Positions 1 to 10,769 of a DNA stretch of 64,000 nucleotides are shown piece by piece (positions within the stretch are counted from its first letter, which is position 1; every line of letters starts with the position of its first letter). The stretch is taken from NCBI GenBank assembly GCA_000146465.1, contig CP001944.1; one strand, 5' to 3'. The notes under the pieces are model-generated. The model ran no database searches. It had not been told where the DNA came from and worked only from the letters and a program-made list of their open reading frames with translations. A program made the position numbers and the translations under genes.

Positions 1-497
1 GAGGAGATAAATTGTATCTAATAGACTACGGGCTAGCGAAAGAGTTCCGGAATCCAATGACATTCAAGCACAGAGAGATGAGAACAGATAAGTCGTTGAC
101 GGGGACAGCGAGATACGCTTCACTGAGGACACATCAGGGATATGAGCAAAGTAGAAGAGATGACTTGGAAAGCATTGGATTCTGTCTTGTGTATTTTCTT
201 AAAGGAAGGCTTCCTTGGCAAGGGTTGAAGGCCAAGACAAAGCAGGAGAAGTATGACAAGATACGGGAAAGCAAAGAGGGGATATCGTTGTATGAGCTGT
301 GTATGGGGCTCCCGAAGGAAATTCATTCTTTTTGCTTCTATGTGCGGAACCTTGGGTATGAGGATATGCCGAATTATGCATATTTAAGGACACTGCTCAG
401 CGATGCGCTTCGGCAAAGAGGCCTAAGGAACGACGGGGTGTTTGATTGGGTGGCCAGAACGCCCTCTGACTCCTTGGCGGATCTGGAGATCCTGTGA
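1..497 (+). CDS. Casein kinase I, C-terminal part. The gene begins upstream of the window.
   Basis: The ORF runs in frame from position 3. It carries kinase subdomain motifs (LIDYGLAKEF, SLTGTARYAS, HQGYEQSRRDDLESIGFCLVYFLKGRLPWQGLKA) typical of the CK1 family. Confidence 0.85.
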   Translation, partial: GDKLYLIDYGLAKEFRNPMTFKHREMRTDKSLTGTARYASLRTHQGYEQSRRDDLESIGFCLVYFLKGRLPWQGLKAKTKQEKYDKIRESKEGISLYELCMGLPKEIHSFCFYVRNLGYEDMPNYAYLRTLLSDALRQRGLRNDGVFDWVARTPSDSLADLEIL

Positions 498-857
498 ATA
501 GGTGAATAAAAGGATACTGCTGTTTGGTTGGGGAAAATGTTTTTAGACGGTGGATGGGTTTGGCCATGGAGACCCATCGGGAAAAGAGAGAGACTTTGAA
601 AAGGATGTTTCAAGAAGAAGGGTTTGTTGTTGGAGACGGACTGAAGTATGGGGTTGATCTCCTGCTATACACAGACAGCCCGTCGAAGGTGCATTCGAAG
701 TATGGGGTTCTTATAGACAGAAAACACAGTCTTTTGGACATTGTTGGGGTTCAAAGAACATGCACGTCTGTCAACAAGATTTTAATTGTGGTGTTCTTTG
801 ATGGGGCTGAAGTTCGAATGGTAAGTGTTGAGAGGATGGAACTTGGGGGTGGAGGAC

Positions 858-3800
858 ATGAATTTTCAGCAGACGAGCTCGATGTTTGAGAGCGGAGCAA
901 GTCTTGTAAAAAATAAGGTTTCTAGACCCCAAATGAAAAACAATGAAGAGGTTGAGATAGACGAGTCCTTGTATTCTAGGCAGCTTTATGTTGTTGGGAA
1001 GGATGCAATGAAGAAGATGATGAATAGCAGGGTGCTTGTGATGGGACTAGATGGGCTTGGGCAGGAGGTTGCAAAGAACATATGCTTGGCAGGAGTAAGC
1101 AAGGTGACTCTGTTTGACGACAGGATAGTTGAGGAGGAAGATCTGTGCACGGGATTCTATCTTCGTAGGGAAGACATAGGAAAGGCAAGAGATGCCAGCG
1201 TCGTAGAGAAGTTCAGATCAATGAACGAGTATGTGGATGTGAGTGTAGCCAGCGAGGTGAACAACTTTGAAGGATATGATGTTGTTGTAGTGTGCAATGA
1301 GGGCTATGGAGAGCAGATAAAGCTGAATGAGATGGCTAGGAAGGACAAGTGTATGTTTGTTGGATGCCAGGTAAGAGGGCTGTTTTCACAAGTATTTTGC
1401 GACTTTGGAGCAGAATTTATCTGTGTTGACAGGACTGGGGAAATACCGATGAGTGGAATGATCAACGACATAAGTGAAGATGGAGTGATGACGGTTGTTG
1501 ATGGGCAAAGGCATAATCTGGAGGACTACGACATAATCAAGATAACCCAGTGCGAGGAGTATGAGGGCAAATACTTTCGAGTTAAGGTGATTTCTCCCAC
1601 TCAAGTGATGCTGCAGGGTGTTGATGGAGTGCGGATGTTTGAGGAGGAAGCCGAGTTCAAGGCGGAGAGATTCAAGAGTGTGTATGGAGGAGATTTTGAG
1701 CAGCAGAAGAAACCGAGCATGATATCGTTCAAGCCTCTTGGGCGGACAATTGATGAGCCAAGGATCCTGGGTTTCAACTATGAAGTTGAGGAAAGGAACC
1801 TTGTTATTCACAAGTGCTTTGTTGCTCTTGGAGAGTATATGAAACAGAGTAAACAGACCCCGAGTGGAGAAGAATTTCTGTCGTTCTTTGTTAGGAAGTA
1901 CAAGAGCCATTTTGAGTTTGAAGCGCTAATAAGATCTTTTGGAAGGCAATGTGGGGGGACTCTTATGCCAATGTGTTCTGTGGTTGGAGGATTTGTGGCT
2001 CAGGAAATCTTGAAAGCTGTGGGAAGCAGGTTTACACCCTTACACCAATTCTTCTATTTTGACGCAATGGATGTTGTTCCTGGAGATCCCAAGGATGATG
2101 GGAAGGACTACGGAAGATATGGGCCGATGGTAAGATGCCTTGGGAAGGAATGTGTTGAGAAGCTCTTCAATCTCCACGTCTTCATGGTTGGAGCAGGAGC
2201 CATTGGATGTGAACACCTGAAGAACATGGTTATGTGTGGAATTGGAAGCAGGGGAAGAGTAAGTGTGACAGACATGGACGCGATCGAGCAGTCGAATCTG
2301 AACAGGCAATTCCTATTTAGATCTGGAGATGTTTCAAGTATGAAGGCTGAGATTGCTGTTGGAAAAGCCATCGAGCTGAACGAAGATTTCCTGAAGATTC
2401 CCTTGGAAAGAGGCGAGGAGAAGCTTGAAGGAAAAGATGTTTCTGAAATGACAAATGGAATGTCAGGGTCGGGGCTTCCGTATTCTAACCTTGTTTACTA
2501 CAATCTGAAAGTGGGAAAGGAAACGGAATCAGTATTTAGTGACAGGTTTTTTCAGTCTGTAGATGTTGTAGCAACTGCACTTGACAACGTGGATGCAAGG
2601 ATATATGTTGATGGAAGATGTGTTGTGAATAGAAAGTTCATGGTGGATGCAGGAACATCTGGAACAAAGGGGAATGTGCAAGTTGTTGTTCCGTTTCACA
2701 CAGAGAGCTATGGATCCAGTCAAGATCCACCCGAAAAATCGATTCCTCTGTGTACCATCAAAAACTTTCCATATGCCATTGAGCACACCATTGAATGGGC
2801 AAGAAGTGAGTTTGAGTTCAAGTTCCATGACGAGATACTCCTGATAAAAGAATACCTAGGAAGAGAGAAGAAGAATGGAGGAGAAGGAAAGGAAGAAGCA
2901 AGCAATGAGACGATGGAAGACATTGTTGAGAAGACACCCAGAAGCGCCAAGGAATGTATTCGGAACGGAATCCTTCTTTTTGTCAAGCTCTTCCATACAT
3001 CTATTAAGAACCTTATAACAGCATTTCCTCCGGACTCAAAGACAAAGGAAGGGCAGCCATTCTGGATGCCTCCAAAGAGGTCTCCGGTGACAATTAGCTT
3101 TGACGTTAATAACAGCCTTCATGTCCTGTTTGTCCAGAGCACTGCAAATATATTCAGCTTCAACTTTGGAATTGGAGAACACATATCAAGAGAGATGGTT
3201 GTGGATTTTGTAAAGAACGAAATCCTAGTGGAAGAGTTTTCGAGTGCGGTAGACAATATTTGTGTAGAAGAGTCGCCACGGCCGCCCGTTGACCCGTCTG
3301 CCATAACACCTTGCACATTTGAAAAAGACGACGACTCGAACTTCCATGTGGATTTCCTGTATGCTGCAGCCAATCTAAGGGCAATGAACTACAAGATAAA
3401 GCAAGCAGACAGACTTACTGTGAAGGGGATTGCCGGAAGAATCATCCCAGCCATAGCAACCACAACCGCCGTTGTCTCTGGACTTGCCATCCTGGAGATG
3501 ATCAAATATGCTCTAGGCGTGGAGCATACAAAGCATAAGAACTCATTCCTCAATCTAGCCCTTCCCTTCTTTGCAAGCACGGATCCTGTGGAACCTATGA
3601 AGCAGCTGTATAAGATCGAAAACAAGAAATATACATTTACACTATGGAACAGGCTGGAGTATAAGGATTCCAAGCTGGGGACAATCCTCAAAGCTTTTGA
3701 AATTCAATTCAAGAAGAAGATATCGATGGTCACTGCCGAGAATGCCTTGATCTACTGGGACTTCGATTCGAAGTATGCAGACAATCTGGAAAAGACTGTT

Positions 3801-3905
3801 GGAGAACTGGTCGGCAGAAAGCCGGATGAGCTGTTTGTCATGCTGGATGTGATAACAGACGACGAAGAAGGAGAATTCCCCAGAATAGTAGTTGTCTTTG
3901 AATAA
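858..3905 (+). CDS. UBA1: Ubiquitin-activating enzyme E1.
   Basis: About 1015 aa. The N-terminus has YSRQLYVVGKDAMKKM..VLVMGLDGLGQEVAKN, there are two ThiF/adenylation repeats (GAGAIGCEHLKN), and the catalytic Cys lies in PLCTIKNFP. The ORF track starts at GTG 825; the first ATG is at 858. Confidence 0.9.
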   Translation: MNFQQTSSMFESGASLVKNKVSRPQMKNNEEVEIDESLYSRQLYVVGKDAMKKMMNSRVLVMGLDGLGQEVAKNICLAGVSKVTLFDDRIVEEEDLCTGFYLRREDIGKARDASVVEKFRSMNEYVDVSVASEVNNFEGYDVVVVCNEGYGEQIKLNEMARKDKCMFVGCQVRGLFSQVFCDFGAEFICVDRTGEIPMSGMINDISEDGVMTVVDGQRHNLEDYDIIKITQCEEYEGKYFRVKVISPTQVMLQGVDGVRMFEEEAEFKAERFKSVYGGDFEQQKKPSMISFKPLGRTIDEPRILGFNYEVEERNLVIHKCFVALGEYMKQSKQTPSGEEFLSFFVRKYKSHFEFEALIRSFGRQCGGTLMPMCSVVGGFVAQEILKAVGSRFTPLHQFFYFDAMDVVPGDPKDDGKDYGRYGPMVRCLGKECVEKLFNLHVFMVGAGAIGCEHLKNMVMCGIGSRGRVSVTDMDAIEQSNLNRQFLFRSGDVSSMKAEIAVGKAIELNEDFLKIPLERGEEKLEGKDVSEMTNGMSGSGLPYSNLVYYNLKVGKETESVFSDRFFQSVDVVATALDNVDARIYVDGRCVVNRKFMVDAGTSGTKGNVQVVVPFHTESYGSSQDPPEKSIPLCTIKNFPYAIEHTIEWARSEFEFKFHDEILLIKEYLGREKKNGGEGKEEASNETMEDIVEKTPRSAKECIRNGILLFVKLFHTSIKNLITAFPPDSKTKEGQPFWMPPKRSPVTISFDVNNSLHVLFVQSTANIFSFNFGIGEHISREMVVDFVKNEILVEEFSSAVDNICVEESPRPPVDPSAITPCTFEKDDDSNFHVDFLYAAANLRAMNYKIKQADRLTVKGIAGRIIPAIATTTAVVSGLAILEMIKYALGVEHTKHKNSFLNLALPFFASTDPVEPMKQLYKIENKKYTFTLWNRLEYKDSKLGTILKAFEIQFKKKISMVTAENALIYWDFDSKYADNLEKTVGELVGRKPDELFVMLDVITDDEEGEFPRIVVVFE

Positions 3906-4010
3906 AGCCTTTTCTTTTCCCTGGCACAGAGCTCATCTATGAAGAAGGCTTACGAGATATGTTCTTTAATAATCACCCGGAACAAGAAAGAGCTTCTCAT
4001 TCCTCGGGAT

Positions 4011-4658
4011 TCAGGCCGCTTGGTCATCATGGTAGTGCTTTATATGGTATTTGAGGCCATTATTGTTCTTGTATTTCTTGTCGCATCCGCCAAATGGACA
4101 AACATAGGGCTTGAATATGTTCATCTTCTCTTCGGAGTGGCCTTCTTTCATGTGATACTTGAGGCCGAAGGAAGACGTGTATTTCTTGTTGCACCCCTCT
4201 ATCTCGCATGCATACACCCTCGTTTTTGCCTTCTGTGCCCTGGAAGACGAACTTCCAGCCCTTTCCTCTCTGCAAGGGGACTTGGGCCCAGAAATCCCAC
4301 GGACGTCTATTAATCCATTTCCTGAGACTCCCTTTCTCCACTCCCTGTCTCTAACACTCTTGTGGATGAATTCATAGTCGAATCCCAGAGTATCCTCCTC
4401 CCAAAGCTCTTCTGTGCTTTGAGTCGATAGGGCGTATTTGTAAAGGATCTCCTCTCTCTTCAGTAAGACATCCTCCAAGTAAAACTGATGCATGTCCATC
4501 ATATATCCTATGTCTTTATATCTCTTTACCCTCTCCTCAAATCTTTTTTCCTCTATCTGGTACAACTTTTTCAGTCTACTTGAATCGTTCATTCTCATCA
4601 TATGGTTCCTTGGACGGTTAATTATTTTCCTAAATGTTATTGATCCCGCAATATTCAT
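4011..4658 (-). CDS. C2H2 zinc-finger protein with two C-terminal fingers.
   Basis: The C-terminus reads YACEIEGCNKKYTSSFGLKYHMKEGH and YVCPFGGCDKKYKNNNGLKYHIKHYH, classic C2H2 spacing. The ORF has an ATG start. Confidence 0.6.
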   Translation of the reverse strand: MNIAGSITFRKIINRPRNHMMRMNDSSRLKKLYQIEEKRFEERVKRYKDIGYMMDMHQFYLEDVLLKREEILYKYALSTQSTEELWEEDTLGFDYEFIHKSVRDREWRKGVSGNGLIDVRGISGPKSPCREERAGSSSSRAQKAKTRVYACEIEGCNKKYTSSFGLKYHMKEGHSEEKMNIFKPYVCPFGGCDKKYKNNNGLKYHIKHYHDDQAA

Positions 4659-4816
4659 TTGGATGTCTCCAGAAGGCTGCCATATAAGTATATGCTACAA
4701 TCGTGCTCTCCTCTGTCCTCCTAGCCCAGACATCCAGCTCTAGCATTTTGCAAGTTGTCTATATTGGCGAAGTAAGAAAAGTCTTTCCGTATTAGCTAAA
4801 TAAGCCCAATCGTTTA

Positions 4817-5536
4817 TTAAATCATCCTCTTGAGGAGATTCCCCAGCAGGTCCTGGTGATTCCCAACAGACCCTCCATCGTTGAAGTTCCTGGATTTCTT
4901 ACCTTTGAATCCTCCGCGCGGCGGGCTAAGGTGGAACGGGTACAGGAAATTGTTGACGTCTCTGAACATCTCGGTCCCATTGTAGATGTGGTAAACAAGC
5001 TCCTCGATGCACTTGATCTTTCCATCAAACATATCCTCAATAAACTCGTTTGTGAGCTTGACACGAGCATTTCCGTTCCTCCCCGTTCCCCTTGTGTACA
5101 TCAGCTTCCTCAGTAGCTCCATATCAATTGTTCCAAATGCAACATAATCCTTGATTATATGAAGCATCCTCTTTGTCGACTTGTTGTTTTTGACGAACAT
5201 GCAGGTATTGGTCTTCTTCAGTCGGAAAAGCTGTAGAACCTTCTTGACCTTTGGAGGACATCGGAGCTTTGATCTTATCAGGATCACCACAAAGAACTCT
5301 GCCTCCTTTGGGACATAAAATCCTTCTTGAATGCTTGCCTTCTTCTCAAGGATTTCTCTTTCCTGCTGGTAGTATTTATCTAGGAGCTTCTCGGTAGTGG
5401 CCTCGGCATACTTTGCATTCTCCTTCTTCCTCTCCATAAACTCTTTCTCTTGTCTCGTCTTTATCCCTGCCATCTTGGCCTGGTATTCCTTCTTCCTGAT
5501 AGACGACTGCGGAGCCTCCCTCATTGCTACTTCCAT
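4817..5536 (-). CDS. RPL7: 60S ribosomal protein L7 (uL30).
   Basis: ATG-started ORF. The signature PKVKKVLQLFRLKKTNTCMFVK..., then NFLYPFHLSPPRGGFKGKKSRNFNDGGSVGNHQDLLGNLLKRMI, matches eukaryotic L7 end to end. Confidence 0.9.
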   Translation of the reverse strand: MEVAMREAPQSSIRKKEYQAKMAGIKTRQEKEFMERKKENAKYAEATTEKLLDKYYQQEREILEKKASIQEGFYVPKEAEFFVVILIRSKLRCPPKVKKVLQLFRLKKTNTCMFVKNNKSTKRMLHIIKDYVAFGTIDMELLRKLMYTRGTGRNGNARVKLTNEFIEDMFDGKIKCIEELVYHIYNGTEMFRDVNNFLYPFHLSPPRGGFKGKKSRNFNDGGSVGNHQDLLGNLLKRMI

Positions 5537-5615
5537 TTTCAGGGCAAATTTTTACTTGAAATTCTAATACTCCATCCACGCTCATTCCCCTTCAAAGCCA
5601 TAAATCTGCTTATTC

Positions 5616-7010
5616 TTATTTATTTATGGTTTTCCAGTACTCCTCCATCTCTCTAAAAAAGATAATAAAGTCCTCCTCAACATTCCACAGCCCGTTGTTT
5701 TTCACGTCTTCCAGGCTGCAGCCTTCGGAAACATAGAAGTCCGTTAAAAACATGCATTTTCCCTTAGGAATCTTCTCGACAGTCATCTTCTCAAACAGAT
5801 AACTGCATCGTGTTCCCAAAAGAGAATGAAAACTGTTGCTTGCATTTGTTCCAATTATTTTCCTCTCCTTAAGTTCTAGGAGTATCACCGATTCTTTGAG
5901 AGACCTAGCCAAATCAATAGCATCGACAACATGTGCCAGATTTCCAACACTTATGAAATACTTAATGCTTTTGTTTAGATCATTTACACATTCTTGGATA
6001 TTGTCAATTGCTTCTTTCCTCTTCCAATTATCTTCTATTCCCTTAGCAAAAAGTATATCCGACCATATAAACGACAGGTTTGGGACTTGAGCATTTCGGA
6101 CATTCATCAAGTCCAAACACTTGAGGACATGTGGATAGAAGCAAAAGTATCTGCACAAAAACACAAATATTAGAAATATCTCATAATTCTCGGGGAAGTC
6201 TTTCCTGTGCTTGAAGGATAAATACAGGGCCAGTCCAAGATATGAAGCCTTTCTAGACGATATCAAAACAGCAATGATCATCTTTGTGTTGAGTACTGAC
6301 TTGTTCTTGGTGTATATTTCATATGCCCTCCTTAGAACTTCCTCGTCAAATCCCTTCCTTGCCAACTGTATTAAGCAATCGATGGTTCCGTCGGGATGGT
6401 TTTCTAGCCCAACCATTCCGCTAATGAACTCTATTTCCTTAAAGCATATCCTCGACCTTAGTAGCTCAATAGCCTTGTCTTTTTCTTTGAACCGATGGAG
6501 AAGGTAGTACTCGTAGTTCAGGCTTTCTCTTCGAGGAAGCTCTATATTATTGTTCAATGCATGCTGATATAAATCCCAATCATCTAAATGGTCTAGGAGA
6601 AACGCCATACATTCCAGATCGGTCTCCTTTCCAAGAAGCTTAGGATGGCCATGTATGTACGCCTCTTTGAGAGTGAGATAATAAAGAAAGTCCTTAAAAA
6701 CAATTCTCTGGACATAATGGTCCATTTCCTTTATCAGCAATCCTCTCTTGTACAGCATCCAAATGAGATTGCTCTTGATGGTGGAATTCTTCAGAGATTG
6801 AAGGAGAAGATTCTTCTTGGCCTCATCTTCCGGACTCCCCAGGAAGTCGAGGAGCAAGGAAGTCATAAGGAACATGGGGTTTCTTGGAAAGAGCATTCTC
6901 CCGAGTTCGATACTATCTTGTATATCTCCAGCAAGAAGCTTCTCCACAAAGGTCTTTTCCAAATCTCTCTGGCCGGATACTAATCTTTTCAGGAAGCCTA
7001 GCTGTTTCAT
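5616..7010 (-). CDS. Hypothetical protein, 464 aa, helical-repeat-like, no recognisable family.
   Basis: Long ATG-started ORF with protein-like composition, packed tightly against neighbouring genes. I recognise no motif. Confidence 0.5.
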   Translation of the reverse strand: MKQLGFLKRLVSGQRDLEKTFVEKLLAGDIQDSIELGRMLFPRNPMFLMTSLLLDFLGSPEDEAKKNLLLQSLKNSTIKSNLIWMLYKRGLLIKEMDHYVQRIVFKDFLYYLTLKEAYIHGHPKLLGKETDLECMAFLLDHLDDWDLYQHALNNNIELPRRESLNYEYYLLHRFKEKDKAIELLRSRICFKEIEFISGMVGLENHPDGTIDCLIQLARKGFDEEVLRRAYEIYTKNKSVLNTKMIIAVLISSRKASYLGLALYLSFKHRKDFPENYEIFLIFVFLCRYFCFYPHVLKCLDLMNVRNAQVPNLSFIWSDILFAKGIEDNWKRKEAIDNIQECVNDLNKSIKYFISVGNLAHVVDAIDLARSLKESVILLELKERKIIGTNASNSFHSLLGTRCSYLFEKMTVEKIPKGKCMFLTDFYVSEGCSLEDVKNNGLWNVEEDFIIFFREMEEYWKTINK

Positions 7011-7187
7011 GTGCCTAGGGTTTCAAATTTTGCAGCCTATTTCTACACAAAGACAAGCTTCTTCCGAAGACATCACTGCTGGATATCCAGCCATGTCCTC
7101 TTTCCAAAGCTCCAAACCTTTCTGCTCAATAATCACTATTGCAAAATTTTTAAATAAAAACAAACAGAAGAGAAGGAAAGACCAGAC

Positions 7188-8492
7188 ATGGGAGAAGCAG
7201 GGAATGGAGGCCTTCTTTCCTCGGCCGAGGCCAGGAAGAAAAGGAGGAGACTAATAGAGCATATTGCATCGGAAATGAGGCTAATTCGGAGGGAGATTGA
7301 GAGGCCAAGAGCAATGAGGGATGCACCAGGATTTCTTTATGACTTTGAAAAGCAAATACCTTTCAGGCACCAAGAAATTAGATGTGCAAGTATTCCCGCC
7401 AAAAAGGCCGATAGCAAGTCTGGGGATGAGTTAGGGAAGATAAGGATGGCAGCAGAGTATGCTGCAGAATCTGGGGTTCTGATGCTAATAGACGTCCTGA
7501 AGCAGTCTAAGAAGATTGTATTTAGTAAGGATTGGGAGATTGGATATAGGGAAAATAACGTTATTAACATTCTTCGCCAGATCGAAAAGAAAAGAAGAAA
7601 AGGAGATCTGTTGCAGAATCCAAGAGAACACAGGATTGAGAGAGCAGATGTAGAAAAGACGTGGAAGATGATGGTTGAGGAAGAGGCCCGGAGAAAGGCA
7701 CAACTGGATTCTATAGTGCATGAGATTTCTCTTGCAAAAAGAGACAGAGTGATCCATGTGAATACCTTTCTGTCCTCCTTTATTGGAACTCTAAATGAAA
7801 GGACTACGGATCTAGAAGGGAGAGGTATATCCGATGGGGAAGGGGAGGGAGACGGAGTGATTTACAGTAGAAGACGACTGTCTAAGATGTTTATCGGGGG
7901 AGAGGTGAGTTACGAAAGTGTTGTGCTCCCTACGGTGGGAGACGACAATCCCCCGCCTATATTTGGCCGAAGGTTATATATTCCTTCCGAAAAGATCGAA
8001 AGTGTGACTCCAAGGACTCAGATAAGCGAGAGGTATAAGAAATATCTTGCCAACTTTTCAAAGCTTAACTCTGCTCAATCGGGGAGAAGCAACTTTAGTA
8101 TGCCGCAAGGATCTGTGGCAAGTCATCCGAGTAGCCAGCACATCTTTAAGAAGGTGTCTATGGAGTATCTACGATGTAAAAGTGCTAGAGATATTGTTAG
8201 CCATAAATATAGGAATGTGGTTATTGATAGAACAGTAGACTTGCCCAAAAGACCAGAGGGAAGATATCCGAAGATTCATCTACAGGATGGTTTGGGTGGA
8301 GATCTGTGCTCGAGTGGGAGCGATGATGCAAATGTCGGATATACCTTTCTTATTGAGGCAGCACTAGGAAAGGTCCCGAGTTCTGGGCAAAAGGGAGAGT
8401 TAGAGCCAACCATGGGATCCGAGAATCTTCCTAGTGGCAGCAATGGGACGACTGGGGATGAAATTGAAAATGGAAGAGATAAAGAAACATGA
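7188..8492 (+). CDS. Hypothetical protein, 434 aa, basic N-terminus and Ser/Gly-rich C-terminus.
   Basis: ATG start at 7188. Long ORF with coding-like composition and no recognised domain. Confidence 0.5.
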   Translation: MGEAGNGGLLSSAEARKKRRRLIEHIASEMRLIRREIERPRAMRDAPGFLYDFEKQIPFRHQEIRCASIPAKKADSKSGDELGKIRMAAEYAAESGVLMLIDVLKQSKKIVFSKDWEIGYRENNVINILRQIEKKRRKGDLLQNPREHRIERADVEKTWKMMVEEEARRKAQLDSIVHEISLAKRDRVIHVNTFLSSFIGTLNERTTDLEGRGISDGEGEGDGVIYSRRRLSKMFIGGEVSYESVVLPTVGDDNPPPIFGRRLYIPSEKIESVTPRTQISERYKKYLANFSKLNSAQSGRSNFSMPQGSVASHPSSQHIFKKVSMEYLRCKSARDIVSHKYRNVVIDRTVDLPKRPEGRYPKIHLQDGLGGDLCSSGSDDANVGYTFLIEAALGKVPSSGQKGELEPTMGSENLPSGSNGTTGDEIENGRDKET

Positions 8493-8756
8493 GGGAAGAG
8501 AATAGAAAATTCGTTATGGAGCTGATTTGTTACCTGATATTTAAATTAAATCCAAAGAAAGTGTATATATGTATTCGCTGGCTTCTTTAAGGACTGGACA
8601 TTTAGAGTACCTGGGCTCGGATTGGTTTCAGAAGCACCTATTAGCTTTGGTAGCACTCTGGAGAGTCCAGTAGGAAACCAATTGGAGGAAAGATTGGACG
8701 GGGTGTGGTTGAGAAAGGATTGGAGAATAAATACTAAGAAGTGGAAGAGAAGAGCA

Positions 8757-10457
8757 ATGAAGTATAAGGAGGAGACTCCGAGCTACATGTACTCAGAGAT
8801 AGAAGGGACTGAAGAAGAAATAATTAGTCTTATGGATGAGTCTGAGGAAATCAACCCTTCTCAGGAAAGAGAGATGAGAGGAATGATAGGAGACTTCGAG
8901 TACATAGAAAACAAATGGATAGGAAATTACCGATTTATAAGGCAGCTGGGAACTGGAAGTAGTAGCAAGGTTGTGCTTGGATGCGATCCACAAAGCGGGG
9001 AAAAGGTTGCAATCAAAATAATTCCCAAAAGGATGAATGGCACGGAGACTAGCGAGGTTGAGATGAGATGCGACCAGAGGATATTCAGAGAAGTTATTAT
9101 ATCATCTGTGGTAAATCATCCGCATATTGTTCGGTTGAAGAACTTTCTGTATAGCCCTACACACTACTTTCTAATATTCGAGTATGTGAAAGGAAGGCAG
9201 TTGTACGATATTATCATTAGTAACGGGCCTCTGAAGGAGAAGGAGGGGCAGAGGTACTTCAGGCAGTTACTTTCTGCAGTTGACTACATCCATAAGAATT
9301 CGATTGTCCACAGAGACCTGAAGATAGAAAACATCCTGATTGACGACAACGACAATGTCAAGCTGATCGACTTTGGACTATCGAATTTTTACGACAACAA
9401 AACCCTGCTGAACACATTCTGTGGAAGTCTGTACTTTGCAGCGCCAGAGCTTCTTCAGGGGCAGAGATACTGTGGACCAGAGATAGACATCTGGAGTCTG
9501 GGGGTTGTTCTATATGCGACTCTGTGCGGATGTGTTCCATTTGATGACGAAAATGTTCAGGGACTCCAGGAAAAGATAAAGGATGGAGACTTCAAGTTCT
9601 GCAAGACGATTTCAAGAGAGGCTCAGGAGCTAATCCGAGGGATGATTGTTGCACAGCCATCCTCTAGAATGGGGCTTGACCAAGTGATTGGAAGCGAATG
9701 GGTAAACGGAGATCAAAAAGGCAGAATCAACAGCTATACAGCAAAGAGATATCCAATAATGAAGATCAACGAGAGGTACATAGAGTTGTTGTCGAGAGCA
9801 ATCCGGTTCCAGTTCCCCAACATTGAAAGAGAGATTAGAAGATTCCACAGAATATGCAAGGAAGACATGGGGACTTTAGAGCAGATCTATTGGTCGAGAA
9901 GGCCTGTGGTGTCTCTCTATTATCTTGTTTCTGAGAACCTTGGAGAAGACAACGAAAACAGAATCTACGAAGAAGAAGATGAGACAGAACTGCCACAGGG
10001 GCAACCAGAAGCCATCCATGACTTTGTAAGGTTTATATTTTCTGGAGAGAGAACCTGTACTCGAAAACACGTTAAAAAGGAGGTGCTTCTGGAATCTGCA
10101 AGCCAAGACACCCTGGTGTCCCTGAAGGGAAAGGACAACGGGCTTCCACGAATCAGACAGACATACTTGAAGGGGTTCTTCAGGGGGATAAGGGTAAAGC
10201 ACATCGGAAGCCACAATGCACTCAAAAAGATACTCCTTGACATATTCAATGCAAATAGTATTATCTACGAAGTTACCGATAAGAGCTACTTTTGCTCTGC
10301 ATACTACGAGGATCTGGAATGTCTTTTCAAGGTATCGATGTATTTTAATGTGCTTCTTAACGAATATTATCTTACTGTGACACCTCTGAACAGCGAGAAG
10401 AAGCTTTTTAAGAATGTATATGAATGGATTTCCTCTGGATTGAGGAATAGAACGTGA
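8757..10457 (+). CDS. Ser/Thr protein kinase, CAMK group (Kin1/MARK/Snf1-related), with a long C-terminal extension.
   Basis: Kinase motifs include LGTGSSSKVVLG, AIKII, HRDLKIENILID, DFGLS and GSLYFAAPE. The ORF track starts at TTG 8622; the first in-frame ATG is at 8757. Confidence 0.85.
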   Translation: MKYKEETPSYMYSEIEGTEEEIISLMDESEEINPSQEREMRGMIGDFEYIENKWIGNYRFIRQLGTGSSSKVVLGCDPQSGEKVAIKIIPKRMNGTETSEVEMRCDQRIFREVIISSVVNHPHIVRLKNFLYSPTHYFLIFEYVKGRQLYDIIISNGPLKEKEGQRYFRQLLSAVDYIHKNSIVHRDLKIENILIDDNDNVKLIDFGLSNFYDNKTLLNTFCGSLYFAAPELLQGQRYCGPEIDIWSLGVVLYATLCGCVPFDDENVQGLQEKIKDGDFKFCKTISREAQELIRGMIVAQPSSRMGLDQVIGSEWVNGDQKGRINSYTAKRYPIMKINERYIELLSRAIRFQFPNIEREIRRFHRICKEDMGTLEQIYWSRRPVVSLYYLVSENLGEDNENRIYEEEDETELPQGQPEAIHDFVRFIFSGERTCTRKHVKKEVLLESASQDTLVSLKGKDNGLPRIRQTYLKGFFRGIRVKHIGSHNALKKILLDIFNANSIIYEVTDKSYFCSAYYEDLECLFKVSMYFNVLLNEYYLTVTPLNSEKKLFKNVYEWISSGLRNRT

Positions 10458-10496
10458 AATAAATTGTTAACTTTTGGTTGGGTGCAAGAGCAGCAT

Positions 10497-10715
10497 ATGT
10501 CATTGCTCCGTGATTTCCAAGACATTGTGGCTGAAACTAATAATTGCGGTAGATATTTTCTTGTTTGGAATTACCCTGGATCCGTGGCTAATACCATGGA
10601 TTCCAAAAGAGCCAGAATTGCTCCCTTGAGCCTGATGGTTCCAAGGTTCGTAGATGGCTACATTTTGATGGGATGTCTTCTTTCTATGATGTTTTCTGTT
10701 TCAAGGCTGTTTTAA
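10497..10715 (+). CDS. Possible small tail-anchored membrane protein, about 72 aa. Speculative.
   Basis: It lies in a 312-bp gap between two genes. An ATG at 10497 opens an ORF ending in a hydrophobic C-terminus (YILMGCLLSMMFSVSRLF). I find no homolog by eye. Confidence 0.2.
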   Translation: MSLLRDFQDIVAETNNCGRYFLVWNYPGSVANTMDSKRARIAPLSLMVPRFVDGYILMGCLLSMMFSVSRLF

Positions 10716-10769
10716 GCTGTTTTGGAATCTCTATAAACAGAAACGGCTTTCGGTCCATACCAAGGCCAG

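Noticed and set aside
1386-2309. Several 87-174-aa minus-strand ORFs inside the UBA1 coding region.
   Set aside because: They are antisense to a strongly supported E1 gene and have low-complexity composition with no motifs.
3939-4313. 124-aa plus-strand ORF.
   Set aside because: It overlaps the C2H2 zinc-finger gene on the opposite strand, which has clear zinc-finger motifs. The plus-strand ORF is hydrophobic and low-complexity.
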